Below, in pieces: positions 21,227 to 28,502 of a DNA stretch of 64,000 nucleotides (positions are counted from its first letter, which is position 1; each line of letters begins with the position of its first letter). Under the pieces are notes generated by a model. It saw only the letters and a program-made list of their open reading frames with translations, was not told the origin of the DNA and did no database searches. Origin of the DNA: a virus (Duplodnaviria > Caudoviricetes); the IMG/VR virus record IMGVR_UViG_3300037722_001090; one strand, 5' to 3'. The position numbers and the translations under genes are program-made.

Positions 21227-21894
21227 TAAATACCCCCGAGCTTAGTATTGTATCCAGCATCGACATATAGACTTTCTGGAAACTCTTCTTTATCCTTGAG
21301 AAATTCAAAAAGACCACGAGGAGTATCAAATCCAGCGTGTCTAAATAGTGCACCTTGGAATAAGTCATTATTAAAAGGAGCACCAAAAAGACGATCAATA
21401 TATACAGGTAAGCCCATAAGAGACCTAAGGCTCCCAGCTAAAGTATTAGTTCCACCCCAGCAAACCCACCCTTTATCACTGATATTAGGGAATGGAAGTG
21501 CATAAAGAGGAGTATTTTCATTTAAGAAAAGAGGAGCCTCTTTAACTGCCCATACATACGTATCAATCAGATTATAGGTATTATCTCTTACCCCAAGATT
21601 GAAACGCATTACAAGACCAGGCCTAATACAGTTCTCAAAAGTATCAGACTGGTACTGAGCATTAAATTTTGCAGGAGGAGAATATATAATTAAAATGGCG
21701 CTATTACCTTTTTCTTTATACTTAATAGTACCAAGAGGTAAAAGAGGACTTTGAATGCCAGTACCTTGCTCTTGAAATGCTTTTACAAGAGTATCTACTT
21801 TTAGTGTCTTTTTATGCTGTGATCCATTGTGGCTAGGGCTTGTAATAATAGCTTTATTTCCACAAATCTCTACAGTAATTTTTTCAATATCCAT
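21226..21894 (-). CDS. prokaryotic E2-like protein (PRTRC protein B type)
   Basis: PLLP.G...LYALPFPNISDKGWVCWGG...FGAPFN. Confidence 0.78.
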   Translation of the reverse strand: MDIEKITVEICGNKAIITSPSHNGSQHKKTLKVDTLVKAFQEQGTGIQSPLLPLGTIKYKEKGNSAILIIYSPPAKFNAQYQSDTFENCIRPGLVMRFNLGVRDNTYNLIDTYVWAVKEAPLFLNENTPLYALPFPNISDKGWVCWGGTNTLAGSLRSLMGLPVYIDRLFGAPFNNDLFQGALFRHAGFDTPRGLFEFLKDKEEFPESLYVDAGYNTKLGGI

Positions 21895-22802
21895 TATACA
21901 GCTCCAATTCCACGTAGTTCACGAGAAATACTTTCAACCCAAACACGAATTCTATTGGCTGCTGCAATAGACTCTACCATTGGAGCAGTTGTCCAAACAT
22001 TAAGTTTGTTGATTAAAAATAAATCTTCTTTATTAAAATTTTTCTCAAAAAGTTCGTCTATCTTATTATTCGTTAAAGCAAACTGAAACGTTAAAAGGAA
22101 AGCCTGTTTCATACTTTCCCATGCTGCCTTATTGTCCGGATTAGAAGGAGTATTGCCTCTTCCTATAATAAAGAAATATATATCTTTAAATGAAGGTACA
22201 TATGTATCTTTAAATCCAGACTCCGTAAGAGTATCTTTAATATCAACTAATGAATACTTTACATACTGAGCATAAGGAATAATAATATTTTTTACAGATA
22301 TTAAGTCTTGAAATGCTGAATCAAAATTTGACATTAAAAAGCTAGATGAATTATCGCTACCAGCTGCTGATACAAAAGCAGCAGTCTCTAATCTTTGAGA
22401 ATCTATATTTGCAGTAATATCACATCCAGATTGGTTAAAACGAAGACTTGCCATCCTAATAGCATTTTCAGTAAAACCATGTGTTTGCAAAAGATAATTA
22501 CTACACCCATCGAATGTACGAACAAGAAGATCATTACCTTTAGCCCATCTATCATATCTAAAATTAGCAATAACTCTACCATTACGGATCTTAATATCTT
22601 GTACGTAATCAGATAATCCTGCAGCCTCAATATTATTAGTCCACTGTGTCTTAATAAAGAAACATAGCTTTCTATCCATATCTGTATTGCTATATGCAAG
22701 ATTCAATGCAGAAGACTTAACAATATCGTTCTTATATAGTAAGTGCTGGATATAAGCACTAGATAGTATTTTAACATTTTTTCGCAGAGACTGATTCGTC
22801 AT
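21894..22802 (-). CDS. hypothetical protein within the Ubl cassette
   Basis: 302 aa, coupled to the E2-like gene. Confidence 0.6.
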   Translation of the reverse strand: MTNQSLRKNVKILSSAYIQHLLYKNDIVKSSALNLAYSNTDMDRKLCFFIKTQWTNNIEAAGLSDYVQDIKIRNGRVIANFRYDRWAKGNDLLVRTFDGCSNYLLQTHGFTENAIRMASLRFNQSGCDITANIDSQRLETAAFVSAAGSDNSSSFLMSNFDSAFQDLISVKNIIIPYAQYVKYSLVDIKDTLTESGFKDTYVPSFKDIYFFIIGRGNTPSNPDNKAAWESMKQAFLLTFQFALTNNKIDELFEKNFNKEDLFLINKLNVWTTAPMVESIAAANRIRVWVESISRELRGIGAV

Positions 22803-23133
22803 TTTCTACCTCTCTAGACATTGCTTTAAAATAATCAAGTTCTACATCAGAGCGCATTTTACCAAAAATAACGATAAGATCCTCATATGCCTTTGTAAAT
22901 CCTTGAAACCTTTCAATATATAAAAAAGCTAAATTAAACCTATTAGTAACATCATCAATATTACATAGTCTCTTAGTAGTACTAGCACCTTCAATATCAG
23001 TAAGTAACTTAGAAACCAAGTCCATATCTATAACAGTAATAGAGCTTTCTTCATCTTGTAAATCTAGTATGCTTCTAACTAAATTCTTATCTTCATCTGG
23101 AGCAGTTTGGATTTCATTTTCCTGTTCTTCCAT
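22771..23133 (-). CDS. hypothetical protein within the Ubl cassette
   Basis: 120 aa acidic, helical. Confidence 0.55.
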   Translation of the reverse strand: MEEQENEIQTAPDEDKNLVRSILDLQDEESSITVIDMDLVSKLLTDIEGASTTKRLCNIDDVTNRFNLAFLYIERFQGFTKAYEDLIVIFGKMRSDVELDYFKAMSREVENDESVSAKKC

Positions 23134-23154
23134 TCAGAAACTCCCTTATAGAAT

Positions 23155-23180
23155 AAAAAAAGGGGAGGCGAACCTCCCCT
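23155..23180 (-). terminator. intrinsic terminator
   Basis: AGGGGAGG-TTCG-CCTCCCCT followed by T tract on minus strand. Confidence 0.8.
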
Positions 23181-23185
23181 TAAGT

Positions 23186-24094
23186 TCATTTGTTTTTAAA
23201 AAAATTGTTAAGAATATTATTTATATTTTTTATTTCAAAATAAGATATTCTCAATAGGATTATATCATTCTTTTTTGCATAGTTAGTTTTAATTTTATCT
23301 TTTATGCGAGTTAACTCTAAAGCTTTAATTCCACCGAAATGATCTATAACTTCATAGTGTTGAATTCCATCAAATTCAATAAGTAAATTATATTTAGGAA
23401 TATAAAAATCAAAAGGTAACATTCTCTTATATTTACAACCAACAAACTTATGTTGAGTTTCATACTCTATATTATTGAGATTTAAATATAAGCTAATTTT
23501 TCTTTCTCCATGAGACTCTCTGCATGAAGGACATCCAACACCCTGTAAGTGACTTCCAGATTGCTGTTTAAAGTCTCCATGAACAGGGCAACCTATAATA
23601 ACTTTATTTAGCCATCCATCATACTGTACTTTTGAATAATCATACTTATTATCATGAACTTCATTAGCTTCTTCTATCCAAGACTCTTGAGACTTAAATT
23701 GATTTTGAGGAAGATTTTCATATTTACATTTTGAACAACCTCTGCCCTGAATATGATCATTTGCTCGCTGACTAAACTCGCCATGCTCTATACATACTAT
23801 AGAAACATAGCTACGAGAATCTATATATTTAGATTTTGAATAATCATATTTATTGCTATGAACTTCATTTGCTCTTATGATCCATTCTTCTTGAGTTAAA
23901 ACCTTACTCATGCAAATAGGACATTTCTGCCCCGTTAAATGATTACTTGGAGTTTGAAAAAACTCACCATGTTCACTGCAAACTATAGAAATTTTAGTAT
24001 AACTATTTTTATAGTCTACTAATAAATAACTATAAGTATTTCCATGAACATGATGAGCTTTATTAATAAAATCTTCTCTTGTTAGTTTTCGCAT
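23186..24094 (-). CDS. homing-type endonuclease (zinc-ribbon repeats plus Vsr-like domain), paralogue of 8968-9939
   Basis: three YDYS...C..HG.F.Q...H..G.GC..C repeats; PFDFYIP...IEFDGIQHY. Confidence 0.85.
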   Translation of the reverse strand: MRKLTREDFINKAHHVHGNTYSYLLVDYKNSYTKISIVCSEHGEFFQTPSNHLTGQKCPICMSKVLTQEEWIIRANEVHSNKYDYSKSKYIDSRSYVSIVCIEHGEFSQRANDHIQGRGCSKCKYENLPQNQFKSQESWIEEANEVHDNKYDYSKVQYDGWLNKVIIGCPVHGDFKQQSGSHLQGVGCPSCRESHGERKISLYLNLNNIEYETQHKFVGCKYKRMLPFDFYIPKYNLLIEFDGIQHYEVIDHFGGIKALELTRIKDKIKTNYAKKNDIILLRISYFEIKNINNILNNFFKNK

Positions 24095-24119
24095 ATAGTC
24101 TCCTTTTAATAGAACTATA

Positions 24120-24129
24120 TGTTAATAAC
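24120..24129 (-). promoter_or_regulatory. GTTATTAACA motif upstream of endonuclease gene
   Basis: exact copy. Confidence 0.6.
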
Positions 24130-24137
24130 TAGTCAGA

Positions 24138-24347
24138 TTAGATAACTCCCTTGGTACCAATTCGCTCTGCGAAAGTGATATACTTGATTCCGCCTTCAAT
24201 ACGTACAGTTGCGCTGCAGTTCAGAACCCAAGGAAAGAATTGTCCAAACCGCTCTTTTACGGTTTCAACATCATTGTCTCCCTCGAGCTGCGAGGTTTCA
24301 GGTACACCAGAAAGGGTGATAATAGTTTTAGTGATAATTTCGGACAT
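24138..24347 (-). CDS. ubiquitin-like protein (PRTRC protein C type)
   Basis: 69 aa; VETVKERF...FP.V.N...ITF..RIGTKG C-terminal signature followed by VI. Confidence 0.78.
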   Translation of the reverse strand: MSEIITKTIITLSGVPETSQLEGDNDVETVKERFGQFFPWVLNCSATVRIEGGIKYITFAERIGTKGVI

Positions 24348-24413
24348 AATTTGTTTCTCCTTTTCTCTTCAGAAAATAGTTAGTGGCTAAATTTCATAGC
24401 CTGTAAAATAGCA

Positions 24414-25382
24414 TTAATTTGCTAGCCAATCATTATAGCATTCGTTAGTTTCATCATTAAAACCTCCTCCTGCATATTCTTCCCCCAACACCATAAAATC
24501 GTGAGTATCAGGCGTGTCTTTTAGGCTCATTAAGAACCCAAGACTAGCAATCCCCCAGTCTGACTGAGAAACTGAATAGCCTTTTTTTATATATTTTTCA
24601 ATTCTAATAAATTGAGATCTTCGTACTGGTAAATTGATAAACTTAAATTGCTTCTTTCGAAGAGCACGGATAGCACCCTTAAGCATATAAACAAATTCGC
24701 CATCATAAGCTAAGCAGCAAGCACTAGCATCAAACTCACTTAAAACATGAGTAGCTTCAGCAAAACATTTACTTATAATCTGTACAAGAGTAAATGGAGC
24801 AGCAATTAATCTACACTCAGTTACATGACCCTTCGGGTTCACTTCCCACGCATTATTAGACTCGAATTCTTTAATGACAACATCTCTATCTTCTTCATTA
24901 GTAAAGAATAAATCAAAGTCATTTGTAGGATCAACCTCATTGTTAAACCAGCTCATAACTTTCCCACCAGCAACAATGAACTTAAATCCTCTTTCATGTA
25001 GATCATCAATAAGTGCAAACGTAGATTTAGATATTTCAGGATTAATACCAAACCTACGCTCAACGGTACTTCTTTTACTGCTCATAAAAATCATTTTATG
25101 TCTTAGGCATTTTGAAATAAAAGGCGTATATACATTAGCTAAAAACTCTGGTACATATTCTCTTTTTAGCTCCCCAATAGGACATGTAATCTTAGCATCT
25201 GAAAATACTAAATTTTTAAGTCCCTTAATTCTATTCCAGTCAAGAGAATACTCAATTTTCGGGGAAGTAGCTGACTGCATTTTTAATTTAGAATCTTTTA
25301 CATTTCTTATCGTTGCAAATGTGGCTACAGCAGTATTATCAGCATCATTCGCCATATCTAGTTCTGTAAAACTCCAAGACAT
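24414..25382 (-). CDS. nucleotidyltransferase (Pol beta superfamily, CCA/polyA polymerase-like head)
   Basis: VAGG...NDFDLFF, later FD...CCLAYDG; start moved to MSWSF. Confidence 0.7.
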   Translation of the reverse strand: MSWSFTELDMANDADNTAVATFATIRNVKDSKLKMQSATSPKIEYSLDWNRIKGLKNLVFSDAKITCPIGELKREYVPEFLANVYTPFISKCLRHKMIFMSSKRSTVERRFGINPEISKSTFALIDDLHERGFKFIVAGGKVMSWFNNEVDPTNDFDLFFTNEEDRDVVIKEFESNNAWEVNPKGHVTECRLIAAPFTLVQIISKCFAEATHVLSEFDASACCLAYDGEFVYMLKGAIRALRKKQFKFINLPVRRSQFIRIEKYIKKGYSVSQSDWGIASLGFLMSLKDTPDTHDFMVLGEEYAGGGFNDETNECYNDWLAN

Positions 25383-25469
25383 TATCGTTCCTTTGTGTAA
25401 AAAAAAGAGTGATGGCTTTCCTTCCGTACTAACCACCACTCAGTAACAAAAATTGTATAAATACAAGAC

Positions 25470-25870
25470 AAGCCCTAGGCTTTATGAATAGCATCCGCCG
25501 CTACTCTCTTGTAATTATACATATCGACTCTAAACTGGGCCCGCCAGGCATGTCCGCCTTAGGAGACCAGTCTTCTCGAGCTGCGTGCACATAGCGCTGC
25601 GTTAGAAACGCAGTGCGTTTTGCGCGAGCTCGCGATATCAAATTGCGATGCAATTTCGATTGTCGACCAGGTGTCATAGGTACCTTTAATAGATTTAAAG
25701 GCCTTCGTATTTCCGGGGCGTTTTCAAAACGCCACAGGATTCTCTATATCGATATACTATTGTATACCTTCATAGGGACTCGTGTTCCTATGATCCTGAC
25801 GATTTTAATACGAAGTTCTGAGAAACTTCGATATCCGCAGGATAGCTTTTATTAAAATCGTGTACAAATT
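25470..25870. repeat. polylinker-like array of restriction-site palindromes and short-loop hairpins
   Basis: 17 six-bp palindromes counted by hand in ~400 non-coding bp directly downstream of the RT. Confidence 0.8.
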
Positions 25871-25883
25871 ATCAGCAGTCGTA

Positions 25884-26657
25884 TCAACTGCCGCGCTTTG
25901 CATCACAAGTTTCCTTGTACTGCATAAGTTTATGATATTGATCCTTGTTAACACTTTTCAAATAAGAAATGTGACCCATTTCAACATCAGTAACTTTTCC
26001 ATTATAAATAGCAGCACGTAAGTTCTTACGTATTTTTCTATTTAAAGAGACTTTTTCATTCACAGTAATTCCAAGAACTTTCTGTGATTTATTCTTATAC
26101 ATATATTCTATTTTATTATCCCGAACATCAAATCCAAGTTCACGAAGTCTAGATCTTACAATGTTTATTAACTCACCAACATCAGGTTTTCCATACCCCG
26201 AAAGCGTAATATCATCCGCATATCTAGAGAAGTTTATCTGCATAGGCTCCAGCTTAACAAATAGTTCTTCATCAAAGTCTCGTAGTACAATATTAGATAT
26301 AACAGGACTACAAGGACTTCCTTGAACTAACTTACTATCAAGAGTTGCTATTTCCTTTTCATATTGATCAAGAAATGTAAGCATATGTGCTTTAATTGAA
26401 GGAAAAAACTCAGCAATATCAATGTTAAGAACCCAATCTTGACCTACATGAACACACGCAGCATCTGTAGTGCTTTTACCTTTAATGAATCCATGACAAA
26501 AATCACTCATCCATTCTTCATTAACTAAACGATTTCTCAATATTCTTTGATGATCTTTTAATTCTTCACACGGAGCATGTATAATTCTTCTTTTACCATT
26601 TTTCTTTTTGCGATAGAAAACACTATACAGTGCATTCTTATTGCTCATATCTAGCAT
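25884..26657 (-). CDS. retron-type reverse transcriptase (short, 257 aa)
   Basis: KKNGKRRIIHAP, HGFIKGKS, DAACVH (NAxxH-like), DIAEFFPSI, QGSPCSP, YADD, VLGITV (VTG-like). Confidence 0.9.
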   Translation of the reverse strand: MLDMSNKNALYSVFYRKKKNGKRRIIHAPCEELKDHQRILRNRLVNEEWMSDFCHGFIKGKSTTDAACVHVGQDWVLNIDIAEFFPSIKAHMLTFLDQYEKEIATLDSKLVQGSPCSPVISNIVLRDFDEELFVKLEPMQINFSRYADDITLSGYGKPDVGELINIVRSRLRELGFDVRDNKIEYMYKNKSQKVLGITVNEKVSLNRKIRKNLRAAIYNGKVTDVEMGHISYLKSVNKDQYHKLMQYKETCDAKRGS

Positions 26658-26681
26658 CGATTATCTTCCTATTTATAACTT

Positions 26682-26697
26682 GCGGCCCGAAGGCCGC
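26682..26697 (-). terminator. stem-loop with UUCG loop just upstream of the RT start
   Basis: GCGGCC-TTCG-GGCCGC on minus strand; no U tract. Confidence 0.5.
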
Positions 26698-26699
26698 TA

Positions 26700-27510
26700 G
26701 TGATATGTAAATAACATTGGAACAATGTTATGAGTGAAAGAAGTGAACCCAAAGGGTCAGACTTTTTGAGCGACTTCTTTCTGAAAATGGCTATCGAAAC
26801 AACAGCCCGAGATGCAGTTTTTTTTTAAAAAATGTATAAAGAGAGAGTAACCTCTCAAGATACTGACAAGTCAGAGACTCAAAAATTTCGACCTGTGGCG
26901 AGAAATACAATAAGCAAGCGTTTGTTTTTCTTGCCTGTGGTCGAAATAATTTGATGCTGAACTTGGGGTCAGAGACCTTGTTACAACTTATTTTATTTTT
27001 GATTCCTTGTGTTAACAAGGGGCAGTCCGATTTTTAGCTCGTTGAGCTTTTAATCGGCCTGTCATTTTGATCCTGAAAGGGCAAAATTTTCAAAGATAAA
27101 ACAAGTTCACAAGGGCTGAACCTACAGTCAGAGCAAACCTCGTATAACCCCTAGGACGCGTCAGTGTCCGCCGGGTTTGTCGAGCGTGTCGGTAGTTTGC
27201 TGAACTGTACGAGCGTAGCGGTTAAGCTACATAAAATAGGATAAGCGTATCGCCTATCAAAAGCTGTATAAAACCCTGCTCAAGCAAACAGGATATATAC
27301 TCAGGATTTAGGATTCTAAGAATCCTAAATACTATAACTGACTTTACTGAACAGTTTTATCGTCAGAGTAAAGTCAAATCTTCTTGTCTTTGCCGTACCA
27401 GCAAAGATTACTAACAGACAGGGAACATCCAATGTCAATATTTTTGGCTTTATAAGTATCAATTCCGGAAGGATTGGATAGATCATAAGATGTATTTGAC
27501 ATAACCACCA
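26700..27510. ncRNA. large nested multi-hairpin non-coding region upstream of RT (candidate RT template RNA)
   Basis: more than 12 hairpins and long-range pairs; no convincing ORF. Confidence 0.65.
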
Positions 27511-27534
27511 CTGTCATATTAGATTTTCTAAAAT

Positions 27535-27873
27535 TTAAGAATGTTTCCAGAGCTTAAATTTCTTAAAAAGCTTTCTGTCTTCTCCGTACACCGGTTCACT
27601 ACAAATAGCAGTATATCCCATTTCATAATCTGGTTCAAAGAACATATAGTTTGTTATATTATTACAATCCAAGTATTGCTTGGCTCGTAATAGTCCTTCT
27701 TCACTTTTCACAGTAAGTACTATTAGAAATGAAACCTCATCTGGTTTCGCTTTTAGGCGCTGTCCCATTTCAAACGCTGCATGAGCAGTCTGTACTAATT
27801 GCGCATGTGATGGTATATCTGTTCTTACAATGCAGTAAGTATATGGTTTCTATGTTGACATTTTATCACTCAT
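27535..27873 (-). CDS. Pth2-like peptidyl-tRNA hydrolase with in-frame TAG at codon 8
   Basis: GGAG RBS, MSDKMST*KPYTYCIVRTDIPSHAQLVQTAHAAFEMG...FFEPD...TAICSEP; TAG at 27850-27852. Confidence 0.75.
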
Positions 27874-28174
27874 AGATTTCTCTCCTCAACACTTTCAGAG
27901 CTACTTTAGATTCACTCATAATTTTATCAGTGATACTAGTTAATACTTCATCACTTGCAATATCCTTAAAGAAATGCTTTGGTAATGAAATATATGCAAT
28001 AGTTTCATATCTAGTTGTTGGAGCAAGACATTCTTTCCAGCTTTTCCCGCATAGTTCCTTGTAAATAAGGTGATGACCGAAAGACATATTATCTCTCTCG
28101 CTACTATTAATAGCATCACTCCATGCTTTCCGTACTTGAAGATATTCTTCTTTTGTTTCGAATTTGGTTTCCAT
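27866..28174 (-). CDS. hypothetical protein
   Basis: 102 aa, overlaps the start of the Pth2-like gene. Confidence 0.6.
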   Translation of the reverse strand: METKFETKEEYLQVRKAWSDAINSSERDNMSFGHHLIYKELCGKSWKECLAPTTRYETIAYISLPKHFFKDIASDEVLTSITDKIMSESKVALKVLRREIYE

Positions 28175-28251
28175 TGTTTCTGTCCTTTTATATTGAGAAT
28201 TGTTAGAGTCATATTTATTTTTTTTCTATCTATTATTTTCGACTATGTCAA

Positions 28252-28335
28252 TCAACAATGAACAGGAGGAGACCTGCTTCGAATCTACAATTGAGGGATT
28301 CCTCGCATAGGGTTTTCTTTAATCATCTTCTTCAT
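28252..28335 (-). CDS. leader peptide with in-frame TAG followed by RSPP
   Basis: AAGGAG RBS, MKKMIKENPMRGIPQL*IRSRSPPVHC(TGA); TAG at 28285-28287. Confidence 0.5.
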
Positions 28336-28421
28336 TTTATCTCCTTTCAGAGTGTAAATTAGTAAATGCAAGACCATAATTAGGTGTTCCGGACCACATG
28401 ATCTTTTTTACTAAACTATAA

Positions 28422-28499
28422 TGGTGCCCTGTACCGGATTTGAACCGGTGAATCTTCGGGTTTAGAATCCGAGGCCTTACCTGACTTGGCGAACAAGGC
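28422..28499 (-). tRNA. amber suppressor tRNA (anticodon CUA), Gln-like body
   Basis: acceptor GCCTTGT/ACAGGGC, loop TT-CTA-AA, TTCAAAT T loop, encoded CCA. Confidence 0.85.
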
Positions 28500-28502
28500 A
28501 TA

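Noticed and set aside
25530-25770. Cloning-vector polylinker contamination
   Set aside because: The site order matches no vector MCS I know, EcoRI/BamHI/HindIII sites are absent, and the sites are interwoven with natural-looking imperfect hairpins continuous with phage genes.
25613-25855. 80 aa plus-strand ORF in the palindrome array
   Set aside because: No RBS, Arg-rich composition explained by CG palindromes, and opposite to the transcription direction.
25884-27510. Group II intron
   Set aside because: No GTGCG start, no maturase X domain and no domain V downstream of the RT. The GAACTGTACGAGCG segment near 27202 resembles half of DV, but lacks the AGC-triad partner strand and lies on the wrong side.
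25440-27530. DGR or CRISPR-like regularly spaced array near the RT
   Set aside because: No template/variable repeat pair; the short GTCAGA(G) repeats upstream are unevenly spaced and have no spacers of constant length.
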